A program made the translations under genes and the position numbers. 36,909 nt of DNA from assembly GCA_028706995.1 (NCBI GenBank), contig JAQTVR010000001.1, positions 1 to 36,909 on the forward strand. The letters run 5' to 3'. The DNA is from Dehalococcoidales bacterium (GTDB lineage Bacteria > Chloroflexota > Dehalococcoidia > Dehalococcoidales > UBA5627). The notes below the pieces were generated by a model. The model did no database searches. It saw only the letters and a list, made by a program, of their open reading frames with translations, and was not told the DNA's origin. Numbering within the stretch: position 1 is the stretch's first letter; each line of letters starts with the position of its first letter. This document shows, piece after piece, positions 1 through 6,785 of this stretch.

Positions 1-164
1 AACGTATGGAAATATGGCAAAAGGATTACTGCGCTATTATACAGGAAACAAGCGACAGGGCATTAAAAAATAAAAACGACATCTCCTGGATAAAGAAAAT
101 CGGCACTACTATTGCCTCTATCTGCTCAGCTGTAATTATCTGGCTTATAACAGGTGTGGAATGA
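1..164 (+). CDS. 3' part (cut by window edge) of a coiled-coil/C-terminal-TM lysis-cassette protein; second copy of 36195..36443
   Basis: nt 1-160 align to 36280-36439 with 4 mismatches (hand alignment). The frame ends ...AVIIWLITGVE then TGA 162-164, overlapping the next start as ATGA. Confidence 0.6.
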   Translation, partial: RMEIWQKDYCAIIQETSDRALKNKNDISWIKKIGTTIASICSAVIIWLITGVE

Positions 165-424
165 TTAGATTATACTTTCAAAACCTATCCGAAGTCTTTG
201 ACCCTGAAACTGGTAAATCCTGTGGCGGTGGTTACGGCGACCCTGAAACTATGTCAATCTATATCGATGAACGCCTTTCTCCTGAAATGAAACTTGAAAC
301 TATGATACACGAAGCTGTTGAACTCTATTGCAAAGGTCGTATCAAACATACTAAAATCAATGACCTTACTAGAGATATTGTTAGACTCTTATTGGATGCA
401 GGATATATCTCAATCAAATCATAA
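161..424 (+). CDS. 87-aa protein of unknown function, last gene of the lysis cassette; diverged copy of 36440..36712
   Basis: ATGA-coupled start. Both copies share GYGDPETMSIYIDERL...IHEAVELYCKGRIKH. This resembles a zincin HEXXH context, but the second His is Glu. Confidence 0.6.
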   Translation: MIRLYFQNLSEVFDPETGKSCGGGYGDPETMSIYIDERLSPEMKLETMIHEAVELYCKGRIKHTKINDLTRDIVRLLLDAGYISIKS

Positions 425-498
425 GCCCTACAATGCGATTCTAGCCATTTTGTTTTAATTTAGTGATAAGTGATGGTATCCAACTTAATAAAGTATTC

Positions 499-558
499 AG
501 CCCTCGTTGTGGTTTGCCTGATAAGCATTCCATAAAACGAGGGCTGGTTTTGTCGTTT
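499..558 (+). terminator. Long hairpin plus T-rich tail between convergent genes (probably a bidirectional terminator)
   Basis: AGCCCTCGTT 499-508 pairs with AACGAGGGCT 536-545, followed by GGTTTTGTCGTTT. The same hairpin recurs at 36806..36850 with compensatory changes. Confidence 0.55.
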
Positions 559-1039
559 AATAGATATTGTTCAGATTGGCATATTCACCATATATCAATT
601 TAGCTGCCTTGTTATAAGCCGAGGCAGCATCTTTTTCTTTTTTATAACTTCCAAGCCTGCGCCGCTTCCCGTTCACAGAGATACTGGCTCTCCACCTTTG
701 TTTATCCTTATCCCAACTAACCCCTTTATATTGAGATGTCCCGATTATATGCTTCCTTCTGTTCATTTGGTTATTTCTATGTTTACATATTCTAAGATTA
801 CCCCTTTGATTATTAAGCCCATTACCATCTATATGGTCTACTTCCCACCCTTTAAATGGTTTCAGTATAATCCGATGCATTAGTTCTTGTTTTCTACTCC
901 CATCTGGCAAAACTATATACGTAGCAGCATAATTGCAATTTCCCACTGTGAGTTTATGCCACTTATTCGATACTAATAAAACATAATCACAATCATCGAT
1001 AAGTATCACCGAGGTATCTTTCATAACAATTTCTTTCAT
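557..1039 (-). CDS. HNH homing endonuclease with C-terminal AP2 DNA-binding domain
   Basis: HNH_3-type motif HRIILKP..VDHIDGNGLNNQRGNLRICKHRNN, then AP2-type YKGVSWDKDKQRWRASISVNGKRRRLGSY..AASAYNKAA. I moved the start to the Met at 1039, behind AAAGGAG; the track start at 1054 is also possible. Confidence 0.85.
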   Translation of the reverse strand: MKEIVMKDTSVILIDDCDYVLLVSNKWHKLTVGNCNYAATYIVLPDGSRKQELMHRIILKPFKGWEVDHIDGNGLNNQRGNLRICKHRNNQMNRRKHIIGTSQYKGVSWDKDKQRWRASISVNGKRRRLGSYKKEKDAASAYNKAAKLIYGEYANLNNIY

Positions 1040-1394
1040 CTTATCTCCTTTCATATTTGGCTTTGAGGGGCTGGAACAGAGAGTTCAGATAAACCTCGCC
1101 CTCAATTTTATGTTTTAGTCCCAACCCCTCTCTGGCATTTCGCCTACTGGACTCTGGCTCTCTATCGGCTATGCCGAATAAGGACTATCTCGGGACATTT
1201 GCCGAGTCAATTCTGTCTGCCAGAAGCCGTCCACGCTGGTTTTTTCCCATCCAGTGAGCTCTACAATTAGCTGGCTTCAACGCTTTCTTATATTCCGCCG
1301 TCTCATTTATCTAGTAGTGTACATCGCACTAGACCCAGCTAAACTGTATTCTGTTTTAAATGTACTATATATAAAATACCACACTAGAAACCCA

Positions 1395-1424
1395 TTGTCA
1401 ATACCTTTTTAAGCTTTTTATAAA
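1395..1424 (+). promoter_or_regulatory. Candidate sigma70-type early promoter (distal)
   Basis: TTGTCA 1395-1400, 18-nt spacer, TATAAA 1419-1424, in an AT-rich ORF-free region upstream of the first + strand gene. Confidence 0.4.
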
Positions 1425-1451
1425 ATATTTTTAATTTTGTTGTTTTGGGTA

Positions 1452-1480
1452 TTGACAGATGGCACTTTTTATGGTAGTCT
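1452..1480 (+). promoter_or_regulatory. Candidate sigma70-type early promoter (proximal), placed for a leaderless transcript
   Basis: TTGACA 1452-1457, 17-nt spacer, TAGTCT 1475-1480. The predicted +1 falls about 7 nt downstream, on the ATG at 1487. No SD precedes that ATG. Confidence 0.4.
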
Positions 1481-1486
1481 ATATCT

Positions 1487-1699
1487 ATGATGAATATTGA
1501 CAGAACAAAAGACATAGTGAAAATGAGAAAAGCGGGCTGTACTTTCCAATTAATCGGTACAAAGTATGGTATCTCTAGGCAAAGGGTGCAGAAAATCTAC
1601 AGTGATTATCTTAAAAAACAGAAACCTTCTTTACTAGACCGTATTATTAGTTGGTACTGGAAGAAAAGAATAATAGAACCTGATGGCAGAGAGGACTAA
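1487..1699 (+). CDS. Small helix-turn-helix DNA-binding protein (early regulator candidate)
   Basis: 70 aa. KMRKAGCTFQLIGTKYGISRQRVQKIY resembles a resolvase/sigma-region-4-type HTH. It is the first gene after the promoters. Confidence 0.6.
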   Translation: MMNIDRTKDIVKMRKAGCTFQLIGTKYGISRQRVQKIYSDYLKKQKPSLLDRIISWYWKKRIIEPDGRED

Positions 1700-1717
1700 T
1701 CAAAAAGGAGAACGACA

Positions 1718-1948
1718 ATGACTACTAACACCTATGAACCAAAGTGCGGATTACACAAAGGGGATGATATCCAGTTTGCAAAAGTAGAGACCTGCGAAGT
1801 ATGTGGTCACAGGGGAAGCGATGTACACGAATACCCGACCTATAGCAACGTGCTGGGGAGAGATACGACAGAATACCAATGCGATGATATTGATGCCTGT
1901 TTGAATAGAAAGTATGCCGGCACTTATATGGAGCGTGCCAATGCCTGA
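1718..1948 (+). CDS. Hypothetical protein (76 aa, Cys-containing)
   Basis: AAAAGGAG lies 6 nt upstream of the ATG. A CxxC element is present (ETCEVCGH). Confidence 0.55.
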   Translation: MTTNTYEPKCGLHKGDDIQFAKVETCEVCGHRGSDVHEYPTYSNVLGRDTTEYQCDDIDACLNRKYAGTYMERANA

Positions 1949-2153
1949 TATTGAACTCTTAAACCCGTCAGATAAAAAAGGCCGAATGTTTATCAGCGAT
2001 GTATCAATGGGGGTTGTTATGGTAGCGGCGAGGCGGGAGTGTGGGGAGGCAATCCAGAGTGTTCTGTGTGCCGACATGGAAGAGGAAACGAAGCTCGAAT
2101 TGATTTCTAAATATGCGGATGCTTTCACGAAGGGGAAAACACAATATGACTAA
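1941..2153 (+). CDS. Hypothetical protein (70 aa)
   Basis: The internal ATG at 1941 overlaps the upstream stop (ATGCCTGA) and has GGAG 7 nt upstream. The track ORF starts at 1914. Confidence 0.5.
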   Translation: MPDIELLNPSDKKGRMFISDVSMGVVMVAARRECGEAIQSVLCADMEEETKLELISKYADAFTKGKTQYD

Positions 2154-2210
2154 GAGTGAGTGCGGGAGATTAGGAGGCTTGGCTAGCTTGAGAGGCACGG
2201 GGTTGATGGG

Positions 2211-2519
2211 ATGCGTGAGCGGGGGCTGAAGGGTGGCAGACCAAGAGCATTAACATTAAGCGAAATACGGCATCAGCAAGCCCTGGATGCCGATAAAAAA
2301 TTAAAGGAGGAATTAAGGGGTAAGAGATACAGGGCAAATAAAAAAGTGGGAGCCGCCGAGCTAAACAGCGGCTCCGGAGGTGAAAAGGATGATAAAAGGA
2401 GTATATCAGATAAAAGGCAAAATAAACAAGGTTTTATCGCAGTTATTAAAAGCCGATGTTACTATCGGGGAACTCGAAAAGCAAAGGGAAGTTTATCCGC
2501 TTACATTCAAAGGCACTAA
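2211..2519 (+). CDS. Basic protein, N-terminus GLKGGRPRALTLSEI; possibly the downstream half of a frameshifted gene starting at 2146
   Basis: ORF track. The distal half overlaps a better-looking 49-aa ORF, so the true extent is uncertain. Confidence 0.35.
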   Translation: MRERGLKGGRPRALTLSEIRHQQALDADKKLKEELRGKRYRANKKVGAAELNSGSGGEKDDKRSISDKRQNKQGFIAVIKSRCYYRGTRKAKGSLSAYIQRH

Positions 2520-2538
2520 CTATGTGGTGGTGAAATGA
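2389..2538 (+). CDS. Small hypothetical protein (49 aa, below the track cutoff)
   Basis: GGAGG lies 8 nt upstream of ATG 2389. Hand translation gives MIKGVYQIKGKINKVLSQLLKADVTIGELEKQREVYPLTFKGTNYVVVK, which has a balanced composition. Confidence 0.4.
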   Translation: MIKGVYQIKGKINKVLSQLLKADVTIGELEKQREVYPLTFKGTNYVVVK

Positions 2539-2551
2539 GATGTTTGGAGGG

Positions 2552-2695
2552 ATGACAAGAAAAATCAAATGCTTATTAGGATTCCACAGTTTAACTCATT
2601 ACTGGTATATGAGCCATCCTGACGGGCAAAGGTATAAAAGATGCCGGTATTGTAATTACAGGAAAAAGGAGAAAACAAATGGAAGAAACAATTAA
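2552..2695 (+). CDS. Small Cys/His-rich hypothetical protein (47 aa, below the track cutoff)
   Basis: GGAGGG lies directly upstream of the start. Hand translation gives MTRKIKCLLGFHSLTHYWYMSHPDGQRYKRCRYCNYRKKEKTNGRNN. Its end overlaps the start of the next gene. Confidence 0.35.
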   Translation: MTRKIKCLLGFHSLTHYWYMSHPDGQRYKRCRYCNYRKKEKTNGRNN

Positions 2696-3404
2696 AAACG
2701 AAGACACTTTAACCATACCATGGGACACCACAGAAGATGACACCCCGGTACCCCGCGAACCCCCCATTGACCAAAGGGCATTGATTAAGGTACACCCTAT
2801 GCAGGATGACCTTATCGCCGCTCAGGTTGATAATGCTAACTCCGCGCTGGTTTACGCTCAGAAAAGGGTTATCAAGTCCCTCGAAGATGTGAAGGTCGCA
2901 ACCGATGACCTCTCTATGATTGCCAAGCTCAAAAAGACCGCTAAGGCTTACCTCGATGAATACACCAAGCCGATTAAAACACACCTTGAAAATATCAAAG
3001 CCGATTTTGACTCCATAATGAAACCACTCGAAGAAGCTGATTCAGTCACCCGTTCAAAGATTCTTACTTTCAATAAAGAACAGGCTGAATTGAGACGGTT
3101 ACAAGAAATAGCGGAGTGTGCGGCCAGAGCAGCTGCCGAGGCTGAAATGATAGCCACCGGTGAATTGTCGAAAGAAATACTGACCATTGAGAACAAAGCG
3201 CAGCCGATTATGGAAGCACATGCCAATGTTGGTGATATGAACACTGCAAAGGTATGGAAGTTTGAGGTCGAGGACTTTGCTGCCCTTCCGGATGATTACA
3301 AGGTTGCCGACATGGTTAAAATCCGCAAGGTTGTTATTGCCGGAGTAAAGATTCCGGGAGTGAAAGCGTGGCAGGAAGACCAATTAAGGATTACACCGAG
3401 GTAA
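2679..3404 (+). CDS. Early coiled-coil protein (Gp157/DUF1351-like by position; name uncertain)
   Basis: 241 aa with AAGGAG upstream and a long helical region. It sits directly upstream of the Cys-rich early protein, as in siphovirus recombination modules. Confidence 0.55.
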   Translation: MEETIKNEDTLTIPWDTTEDDTPVPREPPIDQRALIKVHPMQDDLIAAQVDNANSALVYAQKRVIKSLEDVKVATDDLSMIAKLKKTAKAYLDEYTKPIKTHLENIKADFDSIMKPLEEADSVTRSKILTFNKEQAELRRLQEIAECAARAAAEAEMIATGELSKEILTIENKAQPIMEAHANVGDMNTAKVWKFEVEDFAALPDDYKVADMVKIRKVVIAGVKIPGVKAWQEDQLRITPR

Positions 3405-3416
3405 AGGAGAGAATAG

Positions 3417-4448
3417 ATGCCAATTAAAGGATTATCAGAACAGAGACAAATGCCCAGATTGGGTAAAATCAGAACAGGGGTTAAGGTTGCAAACAAAAGT
3501 GGCAATGGTGAACACCCGGAATCAGTGGACTACTTCGTATTACCTGATGAACTAAAAGAGGTATTTGGAGATAAGCCAAAGTCATTGCCGATAATGTTCC
3601 CGGTAGAAGATGAGACAAAGTTTGCCAACCAGTTTTATAAATGCTATTCGAGCTTCCGGGGTTTGGTATGTAAGGGAGACGGGGAAACTTGCTACAGACT
3701 CATAGATGCCAAGACCGGAGACTTTGCACACAGAGACACAGTGGAAACCATCAGAAGGGAAATGCCGTGTTCCGGACGTGATTGCACAATGTACCAGCAA
3801 AAGAAATGCAAGGAAGTTATGAACCTCCAGTTTCTATTGCCGTCAGTACCCGGGCTGGGGGTGTGGCAGCTTGACACCAGCTCATATCATTCAATCGTTG
3901 CCGTCAATAGTGCGATAGAGCTGATAAGGAATATATGCGGAAGAATTAGTATGATTCCTTTGAGGCTGACAATCGAACCGAAAGAAGTATCACCGGACGG
4001 CAAAAAGAAGACAGTTAATATTCTGCAAATACGAACCGATATAACACTGGCCGAAATCCAAAAGCTGGGGGCATTATCACCGAGTAAGGTTATGCTTCCG
4101 CCACCGGATGAAGATAAGCCGGATTTGTTATACCCCGACACAGAAGACGAGGTAATAACAGCCTCTAAGGAACAAGCCGGAAAAGACATTGAAGATATAT
4201 GGCCGGATGATAGCACTGACGCCGACAAGGACTTTGATAATTTAGAGTCCGCATCTGTAAAAGAGACGATAAAAGAATCACGGGACCCGTCAACAATTAA
4301 AACACTTACCCAACTTATGAAAGCCTGTAACGAGGACTTTGACATGCAGCCTGCGCAGGTATGTAAAGCACTTGGTTACAAATCACAGAACGAGATTACC
4401 GACCTGCCGAGTGAATGCTATCTGAAAATCAAAGCGGTACAGGAATAA
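3417..4448 (+). CDS. Conserved phage early protein, Cys-rich core with acidic C-terminal tail (recombination/ssDNA-associated candidate)
   Basis: 343 aa. Motifs are N-terminal PRLGKIRTGVK...PESVDYFV, a cluster of Cys residues, and a D/E-rich tail (DEDKPDLLYPDTEDE...). I cannot name the family. Confidence 0.6.
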   Translation: MPIKGLSEQRQMPRLGKIRTGVKVANKSGNGEHPESVDYFVLPDELKEVFGDKPKSLPIMFPVEDETKFANQFYKCYSSFRGLVCKGDGETCYRLIDAKTGDFAHRDTVETIRREMPCSGRDCTMYQQKKCKEVMNLQFLLPSVPGLGVWQLDTSSYHSIVAVNSAIELIRNICGRISMIPLRLTIEPKEVSPDGKKKTVNILQIRTDITLAEIQKLGALSPSKVMLPPPDEDKPDLLYPDTEDEVITASKEQAGKDIEDIWPDDSTDADKDFDNLESASVKETIKESRDPSTIKTLTQLMKACNEDFDMQPAQVCKALGYKSQNEITDLPSECYLKIKAVQE

Positions 4449-4454
4449 GCCGAA

Positions 4455-4472
4455 ACGCTCCGAAAGGGGCGT
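4455..4472 (+). terminator. Weak terminator-like GAAA-tetraloop hairpin
   Basis: ACGCTCC-gaaa-GGGGCGT (one G-U pair), immediately after the stop at 4448. The U tract is poor. Confidence 0.25.
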
Positions 4473-4546
4473 CTATTAGTAATGCTAATACTGACGAGGC
4501 TAAATTGAAAACACAGTTATTAAATATCCTAAGGGGAAGGTAATAA

Positions 4547-5173
4547 ATGACAGTATTGACTAAAGAGCAATATTCCAAGATGGGCAAAAAGGGCGGGACT
4601 GCGTTCAGGCACACATGGACAGAAGAGGAAAAGGGAATCGTCCGGATGATGTATAAAGGCACAAATAAAAGTGCCATCGATATTGCGAATCGATTAACGG
4701 TTTTAACTAGCGAAAAGATTACTTTATATGCTGTTAAGGGACAGGTCCAGCAAATGGGGCTTGCTATCGACAAGAGCCGTAGGTGGACAGAAAGGGAAAA
4801 GGAAAAGCTGGCTGAGTTAATGGGTAAAAACCGTCCGGAAGCAGTTGCAAGGTTATTAAGACGAAGTGTCAATTCAGTGCAGGTTATGGCGAAAAGGCTG
4901 GGTTGCGGCAAGAGGGTAAGAGACGGCTGGTACACCAAAAAGGAAGTCTCCGAGATATGCGGGGTTGACCACCATAAGACACAACAATGGATTGATAAGG
5001 GAATATTAAAAGCCTCTTTCGAACACGGGGTAAGGCCGCAGAAAGACGGCTCCAGGTGCTGGCATATAAACGAAGCTGATTTAAGGGAGTTTTTTATCCA
5101 GCACTCTTATGAATTGACCGGGCGCAATGTGGACTTATTCCAGATGGTAAATATTCTCGTAGGAGATAGATAA
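4547..5173 (+). CDS. DNA-binding protein: two SANT/Myb-like repeats plus a C-terminal MerR/excisionase-type HTH
   Basis: HTWTEEEKGIV.. and RRWTEREKEKLAEL.. repeats, with C-terminal WYTKKEVSEICGVDHHKTQQWIDKGILKA. Confidence 0.55.
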   Translation: MTVLTKEQYSKMGKKGGTAFRHTWTEEEKGIVRMMYKGTNKSAIDIANRLTVLTSEKITLYAVKGQVQQMGLAIDKSRRWTEREKEKLAELMGKNRPEAVARLLRRSVNSVQVMAKRLGCGKRVRDGWYTKKEVSEICGVDHHKTQQWIDKGILKASFEHGVRPQKDGSRCWHINEADLREFFIQHSYELTGRNVDLFQMVNILVGDR

Positions 5174-5965
5174 ATGGCAAGGCCAAATAAAATGACTATA
5201 GATTATTTCCCGCATGATACCGATGCCAGCGATGGGAAAACATTGACTATTATTCAAAATAAATTCGGCAATGACGGTTATGCCTTTTGGTTTAAGTTAT
5301 TACAGCTTCTTGGTAAATCGGCAGGACACTATTATGACTTCAATAATGCCTCGGATTGGGAGTTTTTGTTAGCAAAAACCCACATAAATGATACAGAAAC
5401 CGCCGTTAATGTACTCAATATGTTAGCAGTATTAGGCGCAATCGATGAAGAATTATACAAAAACAAAATTATCTGGAGCCAAAACTTCGTTGACGGGATT
5501 GCGGATGCTTATAAAAGAACATCTCAAGGAGTGCCACAAAAACCCATTTTACAAGACATAAAAACAGTTATTGCAGACAATAACGGGGTTAATGTAAACA
5601 AAAACCCCAAAAAAACGACATTAATGCCACAAACTAAACTAAATAAAACTAAATTAAATAAAGAAATATATAAAGAAAAATACGGAGAGTTTAAAAACGT
5701 CTTACTTTCAAAAGAAGAATATAAAAAACTTACCGACAAATTCGGCGAAGCCAGGGCGGGCCAACTTATTGAAACCCTTTCCGCTGGCATTCGAAGTAAG
5801 GGCTATAAATATAAAGACCATTATGCCGCGATTTTAAATTGGGCGCGGCGAGATGAAAAGGAGGGTAACAATGGAAAAACTAACAGCAACGGTAATGGAA
5901 AAATCCTTAAACCGGATGAGTTCACCGACCCAGCCGACTATTTCCGAGAACGAACCAAGCATTGA
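5174..5965 (+). CDS. Replication initiator / replisome organizer (DUF4373 Lin1244-type N-domain, DnaD-like C-terminus)
   Basis: N-terminal IDYFPHDTDASDGKTLTIIQNKFGNDGYAFWFKLLQLLG and C-terminal YKDHYAAILNWARRD. It lies upstream of the DnaC-like loader. Confidence 0.75.
   Translation: MARPNKMTIDYFPHDTDASDGKTLTIIQNKFGNDGYAFWFKLLQLLGKSAGHYYDFNNASDWEFLLAKTHINDTETAVNVLNMLAVLGAIDEELYKNKIIWSQNFVDGIADAYKRTSQGVPQKPILQDIKTVIADNNGVNVNKNPKKTTLMPQTKLNKTKLNKEIYKEKYGEFKNVLLSKEEYKKLTDKFGEARAGQLIETLSAGIRSKGYKYKDHYAAILNWARRDEKEGNNGKTNSNGNGKILKPDEFTDPADYFRERTKH
5633..5662 (+). repeat. 15-nt AT-rich tandem repeat inside the initiator gene (origin candidate)
   Basis: ACTAAACTAAATAAA (5633-5647) followed by ACTAAATTAAATAAA (5648-5662), one mismatch. 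It encodes TKLNK TKLNK in the inter-domain linker. Confidence 0.6.
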
Positions 5966-6530
5966 AGAGCAGAGAGAGCAGTTAAAAAAGCGACTGAATA
6001 TTACATCTTTGAACAACACATTTGCGAATTTCAAGCAGGCATCAGGGACCGCTGAAACGCTTAAGGCTTTTAAAGAACTTTCTACTCTCCCCGACTGGTA
6101 CATGCTGTTATGTATGGGGACTACAGGCAGCGGGAAAACCCATCTGTGCGAGGGGTTGTCGATAGAGCTTTACAAAAAAGGCATCATCGCACCGGTGATT
6201 AAATTCGGAGAAATGCTTAACCTCTTTAAAAAAGCAATGAAGAGTGAATACATCGATGCTTATGACAACCGGATAAACAATTATAAAAAAATGAAATGTC
6301 TTATTATGGATGACTTCGGGTTGGGTGGCAAGGGATCTGATTATGAATGTGCCATTCTCGAGGACTTTATAGATTACCGCTACCGGACCCGACTACTTAC
6401 TGTTTTGACTGCAAATCTTGATATTAAAGAGTTGCCGGCGCGGGTTGTATCAAGGTTTGGGGATGGTGAAACAAGCCGGATTGTTATTAACAGGGGAAGT
6501 GATTACAGGCCGTTGAAGGGGGCGAAATGA
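5871..6530 (+). CDS. DnaC/IstB-like AAA+ helicase loader
   Basis: Walker A GTTGSGKTH and Walker B LIMDDFG. The start is set at ATG 5871, behind AAGGAGGG; the track start is 5853. Confidence 0.8.
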   Translation: MEKLTATVMEKSLNRMSSPTQPTISENEPSIEEQREQLKKRLNITSLNNTFANFKQASGTAETLKAFKELSTLPDWYMLLCMGTTGSGKTHLCEGLSIELYKKGIIAPVIKFGEMLNLFKKAMKSEYIDAYDNRINNYKKMKCLIMDDFGLGGKGSDYECAILEDFIDYRYRTRLLTVLTANLDIKELPARVVSRFGDGETSRIVINRGSDYRPLKGAK

Positions 6531-6739
6531 ACGAAGGATTATTAAGGACCCGCCCGATGGTGTCTTATAACTGCGAAGGGGAACATTGTCAGAACCCTAT
6601 TAACGCTTTGAGCGGCTCAGCTTATCTGCGAAACGGGAAATTCTACTGCGGGCAGTGCTTCAAGAAATTACCGGACTGGATGAAGTACCCCGATTTTATT
6701 CCCGCGCCACAGCAAAAGGAATTAGTTAATACGCAATAA
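6527..6739 (+). CDS. Small zinc-ribbon-like protein (70 aa)
   Basis: ATGA-coupled start. Cys pairs are present at CEGEHC and CGQC. Confidence 0.5.
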   Translation: MNEGLLRTRPMVSYNCEGEHCQNPINALSGSAYLRNGKFYCGQCFKKLPDWMKYPDFIPAPQQKELVNTQ

Positions 6740-6769
6740 AAACGCAGTCTTATAAGGATAAATAAAAGG
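6738..6769 (+). repeat. Left copy of a perfect 32-bp direct repeat
   Basis: AAAAACGCAGTCTTATAAGGATAAATAAAAGG is identical at 8170..8201. It ends in the SD of the downstream gene. Confidence 0.9.
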
Positions 6770-6785
6770 AGGCTCAAAGGATAAT

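Noticed and set aside
698-883. A + strand 61-aa ORF inside the HNH-AP2 gene. Other alternate-frame + ORFs were also considered: 17966..18157, 21406..21627, 26183..26437, 30031..30330 and 30903..31085.
   Set aside because: They are embedded in well-supported longer genes, in other frames or on the other strand, and have no translation signals.
1311-1365. Similarity of CTAGTAG...GCTAAACTGTA (and of 12222-12260) to my recollection of the phage T4 td group I intron sequence.
   Set aside because: The comparison is from memory only and the matches are short. There is no exon context, so I do not consider it evidence.
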